A DNA stretch of 63,552 bases, filler included, from Octopus bimaculoides (lineage: Eukaryota): assembly GCF_001194135.2 (NCBI RefSeq). It is 6 parts of 6 records of this genome, joined end to end, with 100 filler letters (N's around TTAATTAATTAA, not from the genome) between each part and the next. Parts side by side here need not be neighbours in the genome. Positions count along the whole stretch, not along the records: positions 21,137 to 25,742 come from NC_068993.1; positions 25,843 to 46,023 come from NC_068981.1; 4 more parts are not named here. One strand, 5' to 3'. Positions 23,500-36,553 of this stretch are shown here, in pieces. How positions within the stretch are numbered: position 1 is the first letter of the stretch; each line of letters opens with the position of its first letter. The position numbers and the translations under genes were made by a program. Under the pieces are notes generated by a model, which saw nothing but the letters and a program-made list of their open reading frames with translations, was not told where the DNA came from and did no database searches.

Positions 23500-23925
23500 T
23501 TTCATGCACGCGCACACACAAACAAACATACACACACACACTTACACACACACATACTCACACGTATACAGATATAGACACACTTACACGTACACCCACG
23601 CACACTCACATACATACATGCAAGCATTCGCGCTCACGCACATGCACACACAAATACAGACACGCTCACAAACATATATACAGACAAGCATTCGCAATAA
23701 CACACGCATACACACGCACACACTCGTTCGGACTCACACTCACATACATAATCACAAACATTTACGCGCACACATATACACACAAACACTCACGTTCGCA
23801 CTCACATTCACACACATGCTCACACACACACATACTCACACACTCGCACACACATGGACTCATACTCAAACACATGTACGCACGCACACAAGCACACAGA
23901 CATGCACACACACACATGCATAAGA
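23500..23925. repeat. Cryptic (CA)n-derived tract
   Basis: Visible; explains the His/Thr ORF 23339..23923. Confidence 0.85.
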
Positions 23926-23959
23926 GCACATAAAAAGACACACTTGTATATGAGGTATG

Positions 23960-24562
23960 AGCAGAACAGGACAATGATTAGACGCATGAGTACCTTAACA
24001 CTACCGAAACCCACCATTGCACCCTAAAAAGTTAGTGGTCACTGTATGGTGGTCTGCGAAGGGAGTTATTCATTATTCAATTTCGTAAGAAGGTAAAACG
24101 GTAACAGCAGCATCGTATTGCCAGGAAATTGATTGTATGCATGAGAATTTGAAAAAGAAGCAACCCAGACTATTGAATGGAGATGGCCCAATTTTGCTCC
24201 ACGACAATGCCCGTCCTCAGACTCCTCAAGCTAAGGTCCTAAAGTTGCAAAACCCGAATTATGAGATTTTGCAACATCCTCTCTATTCTCCTGCCTACTG
24301 ATTACCACTTATTTAAGCCTTTTGTGCTTCTCATAAGCAATTAAACATTCTTATATAGAAAAGAGATAATTGAAGCATTGGGACAGTTATCACAGCAAAA
24401 GATGAATTTTTCTTTTTAAAGATGGAATATATGACTTAGAGAAACGTTGGGTAAACGTCATAAATGAACATGGATCACACTTTAATTAAATAAGTTCTCT
24501 AACACTCCCGAAACATTTTATTCTTACCTTTCATATACGACATTTCACGTGAAACAACCTAA
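23960..24562 (+). mobile_element. Mariner transposon 3' half, decayed (cecropia/Hsmar1-like by motif similarity)
   Basis: Frameshifted translation LHPKKLVVTVWWSAKGVIHY..YCQEIDCMHENLKKKQPRLLNGDGPILLHDNARP..YEILQHPLYSP..TDYHLF; terminal caacctaa followed by TA at 24563-24564. Confidence 0.85.
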
Positions 24563-25223
24563 TATCTATGTGTGTGTGCGTGTAATTTTAAAAAACATGT
24601 AGTAAATAAACATACGAATATATACTAAATACACAAACAGAAAAAGCAGAAGGTCACCAATACATCTTCAGTTATCGGCCAGAGGGTCAAAGCGCAATTT
24701 CGGCCATTATCGATAATATTGCTTTCTCTCTGAAGACATTGGCTAGGAACTTGGCAGGAACGGGACCAAAACATTACAAGACGAGAAGGGCTCGAGACGA
24801 GATCGTTAGTAAACGGACAAAGGACAAACTAATAACCAGAATAAAAGCTTAGGGCCGCACGAAAACAACAATTAAAATTGAAATAATACGTATACAGCAA
24901 AAAATGCCTTAGGGCTGCAAGACAAGACAAAAATGGGTAACACGAAGGAGAAATGAAAACTGTCCTACAAGACTAGAAACACGGGAAGAGAATTGAGAGG
25001 AGGTCAGAAAATCTTGACCAGTCCAGTCGTATATATATTATTGTTTCAGACGTTGTTCTTCCGAAATATAATACAAAGGAAAATAGAAACAATATATTAT
25101 GACTTTCCTTAGACTTATAGGAAAAGATTTTTCTCGGAGATAACCTTATGTGTTTGTGAATGTATTTGTACGCGTGTGTGCGTGTTTGTGTTTGTGTGTA
25201 TGTATGTATTTATACATACATAC

Positions 25224-25266
<43 letters not shown>

Positions 25267-26106
25267 CATGTATATACATATGTATGCACACACGCATACA
25301 CACACACATATATACATGATGTATGCATGCACATTTTTGTGTATGCGTACAACTTTGAAAGGAGACTGTGTATGTATATGTTAGTACGGACTTTTATGCG
25401 TGGTTGTGTGTATGTATGTATGTATGTATGTATGTATGGTTGTGTGAATAGCACACGGAGAGAACATTGCAGAAGTTACGTTAAGCATCATGTGCAATGT
25501 TTAACTGAGCGGAGACGGCGAAACATTATAGATTTCACAATTATTTCCCTAAATCATGTCATTAGAGGTTATTATCACTTAAACACGCTCTGACACCACT
25601 GTATACACTCACAAATATACACATATATACATCGAGAAGCACGAGTACATATACACACATATATATATGTATACACACACACATATGTATATATGTGCAA
25701 TTGCCTATACGAGTGTGTGCGTGTACATAGATGTACGTATATNNNNNNNNNNNNNNNNNNNNNNNNNNNNNNNNNNNNNNNNNNNNTTAATTAATTAANN
25801 NNNNNNNNNNNNNNNNNNNNNNNNNNNNNNNNNNNNNNNNNNTAAAAGTTGATAGAGAAATTAATGAAAAGGCGATGGTAAAGAAGAGAAAAAAAAAACA
25901 GTCACCATCATTTTCTTAGAGGAAGTATATTAAAAACAGCAGAGTCGTGTATAAATTTGACTAAGATTTAAATAAGCTATATATATCTGTGCGCCTAATG
26001 TATAATGTGCGTATATTTCCGTTTGAAGTTTTTCAAATATGCATACACGTATTATTACCTGCACACACACACACACAAACACACACACACAAACACACAC
26101 ACACAA

Positions 26107-26140
<34 letters not shown>

Positions 26141-27228
26141 ATATATATGTGTGCGTGCGCTTGTATCGGTGACCTGTGATTGTATTGTTTGCCTCCCATA
26201 CATATCACTATACCGCAATGTAGATATGTGTATGTATTGTGTGTGTATATGTATGTGTGTTTACATGTGTTTTTGCGTCTGTGCCTCTGCATTGTTTGTT
26301 TTTATACATTCTTCGTCCTCTCTGTCTTTATGTATATATATATATATATATATNNNNNNNNNNNNNNNNNNNNNNNNNNNNNNNNNNNNNNNNNNNNNNN
26401 NNNNNNNNNNNNNNNNNNNNNNNNNNNNNNNNNNNNNNNNNNNNNNNNNNNNNNNNNNNNNNNNNNNNNNNNNNNNNNNNNNNNNNNNNNNNNNNNNNNN
26501 NNNNNNNNNNNNNNNNNNNNNNNNNNNNNNNNNNNNNNNNNNNNNNNNNNNNNNNNNNNNNNNNNNNNNNNNNNNNNNNNNNNNNNNNNNNNNNNNNNNN
26601 NNNNNNNNNNNNNNNNNNNNNNNNNNNNNNNNNNNNNNNNNNNNNNNNNNNNNNNNNNNNNNNNNNNNNNNNNNNNNNNNNNNNNNNNNNNNNNNNNNNN
26701 NNNNNNNNNNNNNNNNNNNNNNNNNNNNNNNNNNNNNNNNNNNNNNNNNNNNNNNNNNNNNNNNNNNNNNNNNNNNNNNNNNNNNNNNNNNNNNNNNNNN
26801 NNNNNNNNNNNNNNNNNNNNNNNNNNNNNNNNNNNNNNNNNNNNNNNNNNNNNNNNNNNNNNNNNNNNNNNNNNNNNNNNNNNNNNNNNNNNNNNNNNNN
26901 NNNNNNNNNNNNNNNNNNNNNNNNNNNNNNNNNNNNNNNNNNNNNNNNNNNNNNNNNNNNNNNNNNNNNNNNNNNNNNNNNNNNNNNNNNNNNNNNNNNN
27001 NNNNNNNNNNNNNNNNNNNNNNNNNNNNNNNNNNNNNNNNNNNNNNNNNNNNNNNNNNNNNNNNNNNNNNNNNNNNNNNNNNNNNNNNNNNNNNNNNNNN
27101 NNNNNNNNNNNNNNNNNNNNNNNNNNNNNNNNNNNNNNNNNNNNNNNNNNNNNNNNNNNNNNNNNNNNNNNNNNNNNNNNNNNNNNNNNNNNNNNNNNNN
27201 NNNNNNNNNNNNNNNNNNNNNNNNNNNN

Positions 27229-27520
27229 GCCTTGTGAGTGGATTTGGTAGACGGAAACTGAAAGAGGCTTGTCGTATATATGTATATATATATATGTATG
27301 TGTGTATGTGTTTTTATGTCTGTGTTTGTCCCCCCAACATCGCTTGACAACTGATGCTGGTGTGTTTATGTCCCCGTAACTTAGCGGTTCGGCAAAAGAG
27401 ACCGATAGAATAAGTACTAGGCTTCCAAAGAATAAGTCCTGGGGTCGATTTGCTCGACTAAAGGCGGTGCTCCAACATGGCCACAGTCAAATGACTGAAA
27501 CAAGTAAAAGAGTAAAAGCT
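27229..27520 (+). mobile_element. SINE family B (head lost in gap) with full 3' tail
   Basis: ccttgtgagtggatttggtagacggaaactg..gtaacttagcggttcggcaaaagagaccgatagaataagtactagg..gactgaaacaagtaaaagag. Confidence 0.88.
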
Positions 27521-28000
27521 CTGAGAGAGTATCCCTGAATAATTCGAAGAAGACAAAAACCTTGATCCGATTTCTCTCTGGTCGAAAACAGAGAGAATTC
27601 ATGGAAAGAGATGTTGAAAGGCTAATACCTTTAATGGAGTAGAAGTAGAGTAGAAGTGGTAGAGTGTGATACAAAAACACCCAACATCCCTTCTCTTTTT
27701 CTGCCCCAAACTCATTCTATCTGTTTTCCTCACACAAATATACAGTTTCTCAGTTGTCTTCCTTCATCCACAATATATAGCGTGCATATACTGGAACATT
27801 GTAGCAATTAAAATTCCACATCTAAAAGTCATGTCTTCAAAACGCATATACGATTTCAAATACTAACGAAGGTTGAAAATATTTTATTCTCTAATTGTTT
27901 CACATTCAAATTTGTTAAAAGTAATGATATATTTTTGGTATTTTGCTGCATGAATACGTCTGTTAAACTTATTATACTTGAAATAAAAGAAAAGTTGCAC

Positions 28001-28061
<61 letters not shown>

Positions 28062-28074
28062 TGTGTGTCTGTGT

Positions 28075-28265
28075 GTCTGTTTTTGTCCCTTCCCCACCAA
28101 CCGTCGGACAACTGTTTTGGGTTAGCTTACGTCCCCGCAACTTAATAGTTCTGAAAAGATCGAAGTACGAGACATTAAAAATAAATTCCCGTACTCACTA
28201 TATTTGTTTGACTAAACTCTTCATGATAGTGCCCAAAGAGTCTAATAACTGAAACCATTAAAAGA
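28075..28265 (+). mobile_element. Degenerate SINE family B tail
   Basis: Homology to 27320-27510. Confidence 0.6.
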
Positions 28266-29034
28266 TAACAGATGAAAAAAAAAGTAGCTTCATGCGCATT
28301 TCTACTCCACCGCTTGTTACGCCTCCGCCTTCCTGAGATGTCAAAAGCATTCTGTTCTTATTTGTGTGAGGAGACTGGGAGAATATAGACTCCCCCTGTT
28401 GATGTACTGCATCCAATATATTTGTTCTATTGTGCAGTGTGTGTGGTGTGTCTTTTAATCTTGTATAGTATAGGTTGCATAAGTTGTGTTATTAGACGTT
28501 TGTTGTATAGGGTGTGTGCTGTAGGTTCATGATGTGAGCTGTTTTTCGGTTGTATATAGTGTTGAAGTCCCTGGTATAGTGAAAGAGATTGTGCTGTTGA
28601 CTTGACTGAAAAGACTAGCACTTTCCTTTTTGGTCAAGCACTCTTACAACTTACAAACGACAGTTAGATAGGAGAGGGGGAGATGTTGCCAACCACTAAA
28701 CTATAAGAATGCGAGTGAATGGAACTAGAATGGCACAAGTAAATGGATCTACTCTAAACATGTTCGTATGATTGGAACTTACAAAGTAGGGAAGCACACT
28801 TGCTACGGTGCTCCCAGTGAGCAGGGTGACTCAGGACCATTGGGGATCCCTTTTTGCCCATGAAGCCTTCTTTATCGGGAGAATCACATCATTATTACCC
28901 AATTAATACTGTATACCATATGTACTATTTTTTTTAATAATTCGATTCTATGTAACTCTCTACGCTTTATAGCTGTTTTAGTTTTGTCCCTCTCATTCGC
29001 CGCCTTGATAGCATATGGAAAAAATGAGAATAAT

Positions 29035-29250
29035 AATCCTTTCTATTATAGGCACAAGGCCTGGAATTTGTGGGGAGGGGGATAGTCGATTACGTCGACC
29101 CCAAAACTTGACTGGTATTTAATTTATCCACCGCGAAAGGATGAAAGGCAAAGTCGACCTCAGCGGAATTTGAACTCAGAACGTAGAGACAGACGAAATA
29201 CCGCTAAGCATTTCGCCCGGTGGGCTAACGATTCTGCCAGCACGCTGTCT
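29035..29250 (-). mobile_element. SINE family A, near full length
   Basis: Reverse homology over the whole length. Confidence 0.88.
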
Positions 29251-29294
29251 TCAGCAACAACAACAACAACAACAACAACAATAATAATAATACT

Positions 29295-30872
29295 AATCCC
29301 ACACTAATGGATAAGTGAATGTTTGAGTATATTCAGTATAGCAGACAACGTAAGAGAATTAATTAGCTTTAGCATGAAGAAATGGAAAGTAGATCTCTAC
29401 TCAGGTGACAGTCTTGGGGAAAGTTAACATCAAGAGGGAAATTTTCCAAGGGGACTCGTTGTCCCCTTTAATATTTGTCTTATGTTTGATCCCTCTCAGT
29501 TAAATATTAAGGAAGGCAAAGGCAGGGTATCAGTTCAGGAATAGTAAGGGAAAAATTAACCATTTGCTATATATGGATAATCTGAAGCTTTTTAGTAAGA
29601 ATGAAAGAGACAGATTCCTTACTACAGACTGTAAGAGTCTTCAGTAAAGATATAGGCATGGAATTTGGCATAGATAAGTGTGAAATCTTAGTCATGAGAA
29701 GGGGACAGGTAATCAACAGTGATTGCATATAAATACTAGATGGCCAGACATCAAAATCATTGAAAGAAGGAGAGAGTTATCAGTAAATGGTCCGAATCTA
29801 ATGAAAGCTGTAAATACTTGGGAAGTATCATTACTTACATACTCAGCAGCTTTTGTAGATTGGACAAAAACTGAATTAGCAAAGCTAGACAGAAGAACTA
29901 TGAAGGAATTCAATATGAGTGAAGGACACCACCCAAGAGGAGAAGTAGCAGAATTATATTTACCTAGAAAGGAAGGCGGAAGAAGGTTAAAATCAGTAGA
30001 AGACTGCGTGGAGTTAGCTAGAGTAGATATAGACTTCTATGTAGGTAATAGTGAAGAACGTTTATTAAAAGCTGATAGAGTCACAGCAAGACATAGTGAA
30101 ACGAAACAACCAAACGAAGTTAAAAATCGGAAAATGAAATCAAACGAAGTTAAAAAGGAAAAAAAGAACAGATGTTATCTGACTGGCAGGAGAAGGCTTT
30201 GCATGGTAGACTCCCAGGAAATAGTAGTAATGAGACATATTTATGATTGCAGAAAGGAAGGCTGAAAAGTTTGTTAGTAGCAGCACAAGATGAAACATTA
30301 AGGACTTATTGGATAAAAGCTAAGACAGACAAAAACAAAGTAGGTTCCCAATGTAGGTTATGCAAATCAAAAGAGGAAAGCGTTACTCATATAGTAAGTG
30401 AATGTAGCATGCTGGCACAAAAAGAATATAGGAAAAGACATGACAATCTAGTTTGAGTAATCCACTGGGAGCTATGTAGAAGGCTAGGATTTGAACATAC
30501 TGACAAATAGTATGAACATGAACCTAGTACTAGAAAGCAAGAAATATAAGATGTTGTGAGACTTTAACATTCAGACCGACAAAGTAATAGAAGTTAGAAA
30601 GCCTGATTTGATAGTAGGCTATGGAAACTGCGAGTAAAATGTATCCCAGTTGTTATAGGTGTATTAGGAACTATTCCTAAAGATGTGAACAGGTGGATAG
30701 AAGAAATAGGCACAAAACCCAGTTTAGTACAGCTGCAGAAAACAGTGTTATTAGGGGCAGTTATGATACTTAGTAGGGTTCTTGACATCTAAGGTTACTT
30801 GTAGCTCGATGTTAGGAATTTTTCTTTTCCATGCCTCAACTCTACTATTTGCAATTGTGTATATGAGTAATA
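29295..30872 (+). mobile_element. 5'-truncated R4/Dong-like non-LTR retrotransposon (RT + CCHC + restriction-like endonuclease), decayed
   Basis: Frameshifted motifs IFQGDSLSPLIFVLCLIPLS, INHLLYMDNLKLF, IGMEFGIDKC, GHHPRGEVAELYLPRKEGGR, CRLCKSKEESVTHIVSEC, KRHD, KPDL, IPVVIGVLGTIP; TAA repeats at both ends. Confidence 0.88.
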
Positions 30873-30877
30873 ATAAA

Positions 30878-31052
30878 AAATCCTTTCTAGTAAGGGCACA
30901 ATGTCTGAAATTTTAAGGGAGGGGATAAGTCGATTACATCGACTCCAGCGTTTCACAAGTACTTAACTTATCAAGCCCCGAGAGGATGAAAGGTAAAGTC
31001 GATATTTGAACTCAATAGGTAGCAACAGACGAAATACAGCTAAATATTTGCC
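30878..31052 (-). mobile_element. SINE family A (degenerate)
   Basis: Reverse homology; followed by an (AAT)n/(ATT)n tract at 31055-31147. Confidence 0.75.
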
Positions 31053-31070
31053 TTAATAATAATAATAATA

Positions 31071-31147
<77 letters not shown>

Positions 31148-32490
31148 CGTGGTATTATCGTTGTCATCATCATCATCATCATCATCATCATTTAAGCGGT
31201 GCTGAGTAGAACCAGTTCAGCAGCCAGCAAAATGCCTTACAACACTGTACTTAATTATGTTAGGACTCAAATGCCTCCAAAGATGATTTTGTTTTTAACC
31301 CACCCTGAGGTCAATCAAGTACCAGGGAAGTATCTGAAGAATCAGTATATAAATCAATCAGCCAAGATTTCAGCGAAGCGAATCTTTTCAAAGACTTTGT
31401 TTTCGTGACCGAGACACTTAAATTTTAACTGCTCAAGCCATATATTTTTCTGCAGGGAAATAGCACGGATTTCGTTGTTTGCTCTTACTGCCGCTGTTTT
31501 TCCTTTGTTGTTTTCGTTATCGTTATTATTCTTGTCAGCACTAATTGCATTGATCTAGGATCAAATCAACACTAATTGCGTAGATCTAGGATCAAATGTG
31601 TTGTAACCGCATTTTGGTATCAAGCTTCCAGGGACTTATATGTTAGAGTGTGATTAAAAGGAAGGTTTGGCTGTGATTTTTATCAGATCAAATAACAACA
31701 TAAAGCATCTCTCGATAGTTCATCTAAAATGTAGATACTACTAAGTTTATAATATATAGAGCATGATGATGGTTTTCATAAGTGTTGGGACAATATGCTT
31801 GAGAAATTTAATTAGGGTGACTATTTGTTTCTGTTGAATCATTAATAGAATGAAAGTCGGTAAGCTGAAACACTTCTCACCTCTTAATCGTAACGTATTT
31901 CTTTCATATTTGCAGGTGCGGAAAGATAACAAGGCTTATCTGTAAAAAAAATAGCCCTATACAAGTAATTATTGCTTTAAAAGTAACGTGAGGCAGAAAG
32001 CTTAATTTTGGTATGTGTGTTAGATTAGTTTGTTTAACCGTGAGAAGACAAATCCGAAGTTTTAAGGCAGTTCCTTCGGCTGAGAAGAGGGAAAATATTT
32101 CATTCTTTAAGATGAAGGCACAGTCCCGAAACATCTGGTTGCTTTTCTACTTACAACGCACGAGTTTATTCACACATACGATATTCAATGTATAATTTTC
32201 ATAATTCTTTATCACATATGAGTCATGCATATGTATCTACGACTATATGAGAATAGCTTTGTAAAATTACCTCAGTCGAATTGATTCATATATACATTGA
32301 AGTCCCGCACTTTGTTGTTTGGAAGTGGCGTATATGTATCAAGACAGAATTACTAACTTCTTAAAATATTATTTTAAAAAATTAACACAATTTCGTTTTA
32401 CCAACTGATCAGTAAGGAGTTGCTATAACATTTTTTGTTGGTTTTACAACACATTTCGTATGCTTGGTTTTAAAGGGGTTACCTGTTAAT

Positions 32491-32582
32491 ATGGCGGAAA
32501 GGAAAAAAATCAGGAGCCTTTACAGGCCAGACGAATCTGAAGGGAGAAAGGAAACAAAGCGTCCTCAAACTCGAGAGTTCTC
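32491..32582 (+). CDS. Candidate first coding exon of an unknown gene (MAERKKIRSLYRPDESEGRKETKRPQTREF)
   Basis: ATG in AATATGGCGG context, 30 open codons, GTGAGT donor at 32583; no homology recognised. Confidence 0.25.
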
Positions 32583-33128
32583 GTGAGTGCTGGTAATAAA
32601 GCGAACTCCGGTAAAAGCATCAAAGGATCAGGTAGTGAGTGTTAAATCGAGCACCGAAATAGGCTAGAAGATGATTAGAATTCCAAATGGAAAGATCCAG
32701 ATCAAACTTAGCAAAACATCTCGTACTACACCATTACTATACCGTCAGTTCACTGTCCTAGAATAGTGCTTTATTTGTTGTCCCTTAGAAAGACGAAACG
32801 CGAAGTAGACATCGGTGGTAATTCAACGCAAGAAAGAGAGAAGCCAAAATGAACACAAGGCATTTCGCCTGATGCCCTTACAACTCCAACACTTCAAAAT
32901 CTTATCTTAAAGAGTGGGGTTTCACATTTAATTCAATAGGGGTTATTTGCCTATAAAAGGTTATCTGTAATAACGAAAAGACATATAATTCACACACATA
33001 CGTATATACCCATACGCGCACAAATATGTTCATATACATGTCTATATACGCACATGCACAAACACAATGCAGGCTGAAAGGTAATATACAGAAAAAATAT
33101 GTAAAAATATATAAAAATATGTAATATA

Positions 33129-33159
<31 letters not shown>

Positions 33160-33180
33160 NNNNNNNNNNNATACAGAGAT

Positions 33181-33990
33181 AAAATGCTTATACGTGGACA
33201 CAATATAAAAGGCAGATTTTGTCTGTGATCTTGGGAGGGGACCAAAAACGTAACAAATATTTAGCCATATGTGGACATGATCCAAAAAGTTCAATTCTTG
33301 AATTTAGACATATAGCGGGGTCAAAGCTATTTTTCGAGATGAGCCATCTTTCCATATCACAAAGACCGCACTTTCCACTGCCGTTGGTGTAAGGCTTACA
33401 CTTGGCTAAGATCTTCCGATGGATGTTGTAATTGACACCTTTTTCTTTTAAGGACCACATATGACTGGATAATTTGGTTGTTTTTCTTTTATCCCAGTAT
33501 TTGAAGCTCAAGGTGTGATTGTTGAACCTGACTTTAAAATTCCCCTCTGTGAGACCCACATATTTCTTTGACGAAACTATATTCTTAATGTTTGTAAATG
33601 ATGGTCTCGGACATGCAAGCTCCATTTAGCGGGCACAAATTTTTATCCCTGCATGAACAGCTGGTTTCATTTTGTTGTCTTTGTATGTTGTGTGCGATTA
33701 TATTTTTTTTTAAGTAGTAGTTGAGCTAGAACTGATTTTTAAGTTATGTCTATTGAAGAGCTTTCTGTAACTATGATTGATTGGAAAGTGTCTATCTATA
33801 AGTGATAAGAAAGGTCACCTCGGGGAGTAAGGCGGTGTGAACCAGATAGTTTTCCTATTCCTATGTTTCCTTTTCTTTATTATTGGACTGGTAACAGGTG
33901 TATAGGTTATTTCCTCGCTAAATCCACTATCTTTTAGAACATTATTATATACTGGGGTATTTGGTCTTGATAGTCTTTCGTAACTGCCTC
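33181..33990 (-). mobile_element. Penelope-like element fragment: RT C-terminal region and GIY-YIG endonuclease, decayed
   Basis: Minus translation RNRKTIWFTPPYS..LIDRHFPINHSYRKLFNRHNLKIS..CRDKNLCPLNGACMSETIIY /frameshift/ KYVGLTEGNFKVRFNNHTLSF..KLSSH..KCGLCDME..LNSRIEL..CPH (ORF 33188..33625). Confidence 0.9.
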
Positions 33991-34820
33991 AACAAGTTGG
34001 CGTTTCCATCGATGTTGTGGCCCTTTTGATGATAGTCAATAAACACAACACCTTTTGCATCCCCCCTCCCCCCAAAAAAAACTGATGCCCATTACCTTCG
34101 CTGCAGATGAAACAACATTGGCCTTCCTTGGAGAAGGCGATTACGAGTGTTTCCATTGCATGGATTGTATCTTTGTCTCTGGCTCTAAGTGATTAACCCA
34201 ACACTAATCCTAAGTTAGGAAATGTTCAAGGCAACCAGTTGCATCTGCTTCAAACAATGTGATCAGCATGGTCCGCTTTTAATCAGGTTTCAGAAAACGT
34301 GGAACCCACCAAACATAAACCTTCGTCATGCCAAGTTCATTGTGTTGAATTTTCTCAACTCTCTCACAGGATGTGCTAATATCATTGGCTATTTGATTTG
34401 TAGTCAATTGCTTGTCATCCATCACTTTATGGTGTATATTATCAATGATTTTCTCATTGATAGCAGTTGCAAGAAGTCCAGTCCTTACGTCATCTTCAAA
34501 ACTTTCCCTTCCCCTCCTAAAATCATCTGCCCACTTTTGCAGTGTTGACAACGCTGGAGCCTCATACTCTACTGTAGCAACCATGTCAGCATGGGGTCTA
34601 AACCTTTTTCTGCAAGCACTTGATAACACCATCATGCCAAATTTTGTCTATTTTCAAGAGAAGTCGCTCTTAGTTACTTTTGAAGTCTTCAAACAGTCAG
34701 ACGTCAGTTTACCTGGAAAGAAAGAACTATGGAGCTATTAATGAGAAAAGTTGAAATTAGTACATCCAAGATTTCACACTGTAGCGTCACACTTTCCTAG
34801 TCAGCCTATGAACTTTTCAT
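33990..34820 (-). mobile_element. Mariner transposon 5' two-thirds, decayed (irritans-like by motif similarity)
   Basis: ORF 34279..34635 has APALSTLQKWADDFRRGRESFEDD and WVPRFL; downstream frames give EPETKIQSMQWKH, KVMGISF and DYHQKG; TIR-like end near 34790-34820. Confidence 0.88.
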
Positions 34821-34869
34821 ATATGTATATATATATATATCCAGCGTTACCCCTCTGTTCGGCATTCGC

Positions 34870-35053
34870 CATGATAGATCGCTAGCCACTACACATTCTT
34901 TATTTTCTCTCCTTGTTTCTTTCTGTGTTCCTTTCTGTGGAAGAGCGTAGGCTCGAAACATTAAAGACTTCTTCGCCTCCCGAGCGTTAAACTAATACAT
35001 CTGTTTGTTGTCTACACCACCTGTCTTCGTCTTTTGTCTTTTGTGAATTCTCC
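34870..35053 (+). mobile_element. Short element with a variant hammerhead-like motif (34931-34966)
   Basis: CTTT-CTGTGGA-A-GAGC-GTAG-GCTC-GAAAC-ATT-AAAG; homologous to 13171-13362; ends in (TA)n. Confidence 0.7.
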
Positions 35054-35083
35054 CTATATATATATATATATATNNNNNNNNNN

Positions 35084-35228
35084 AGGCTTCTTTCAGTTTC
35101 CATCTATGAAATCCAATCCGAAGCTGTTGTAGGAGACACTTACCCAATGTGCCACGTTTGTAGGCCCGAACCTGGAGCCATATATTTGGGAAACAAATTT
35201 TTTACCACACACTCACGCCTGCTCCTAT
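35084..35228 (-). mobile_element. SINE family B head (degenerate, deleted)
   Basis: aggcttctttcagtttccatcta..gacacttacccaatgtgccac..accacacactcacgcctgctcc. Confidence 0.7.
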
Positions 35229-35333
35229 AAGTCGTATAGGAAATATATTGCATCTAATGACCTTTTGTTAAATAAGTTCCTCGCTTCTTACTTCCTCCTC
35301 CCTCAGTTCTCTACTCTCTCTAAGTTTCTCTCT

Positions 35334-35378
<45 letters not shown>

Positions 35379-36448
35379 TCACTTTCTCTCTCTTTCAGTA
35401 TTTATTTCACTACTGACTTTGTTGTTTTTATCTCTCTTCATTTCTTTTTTTTTAATCTTTCTCCTGTGTCTTTATTTTCTCTCTTCCTCCTCTTCTTCTC
35501 TCCAACGCAATTCCAGTGTTGCATCGAAGTAGAGATCGGATATCAGACTCCACCCGGTATATGGTTTGTGGTTATAACTTAATTACTTTTTGTTAAAAGT
35601 TAAACTTTAGAAATATAGGGGGAAAAAGCGGATGTCGTGGCCATTGCGTGTGTAAATTTTCATTCGACAAAAGGTTCACAATCCACAGAAATTCGACTGA
35701 GAAATTAGCAGCTTCACGTATGCCATTACTGCTATCATTGCCACCCACGTATCATCACCACATCTATCTTGGATGTAACAGGTACTATATATATATATAT
35801 AGTATGCTGTTCTGTGATGGCAAGATCAACAAGAAGTATCCCGTCTAATGAGAGATAAACACAATGTATGTTTTTATGTGCTACTATTAGTTTCACGTGC
35901 TGAGAGTATGCCAGAGAGTAATATTTTTTTAACACATACAGTGTCCTAGCACGATTATCAGGTACTACTCACACTGTGTAAGGAACTAAACACGGGACGA
36001 TAGGATTAGATTATTTAAAGATTGGATTTCGTGAGATCCGAAATTTTCAGCAGTTGTAAGCATATGACTAAGCTCCTGTTGACGAATTGAGCTCCAGATT
36101 GAGTAACTGTACCATAGACTCTAAGCCACAATCTTTTCAGCCTTACATTTTACAGTCTAAGGAGGAATAACTTTAATTTCCCCCTTTAGCTTCTTTCTGT
36201 TTTCATTTTCGTTTTCCAGTTTTTCAACCTTCCATCTTTTCTATCTACTTCTATCCCGTCCTTTCTTGCTTTTTCTCTCATCTTATCATCTCATATTTAG
36301 TTCGCTATGCCATGTGGGCAGTGCCTGATGATTGTGCTAGGAGACCAGAAATGTTTTAAAAAAAATATGGTCTGGCATGCTCTCAGCACGTGAAACTAAT
36401 AGTAGTACATAAAAAACATATCTTATGTTTATTAAATTATACATACAT

Positions 36449-36553
<105 letters not shown>

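Noticed and set aside
28300-28900. CA-rich minus strand resembling a LINE fragment (similar at 19200-19420)
   Set aside because: No RT or endonuclease motif could be read, so it was left unassigned.
31860-31915. Perfect-looking 56-nt intron (GTAAGC..tttgcAG)
   Set aside because: The spliced product is only MKVGAER*; the intron is very short and there is no supporting ORF.
32105-32145. Hammerhead-like word (..GATGAAGGCACAGTCCCGAAAC); similar partial words near 735 and 9580
   Set aside because: The CUGA core or the stems are missing.
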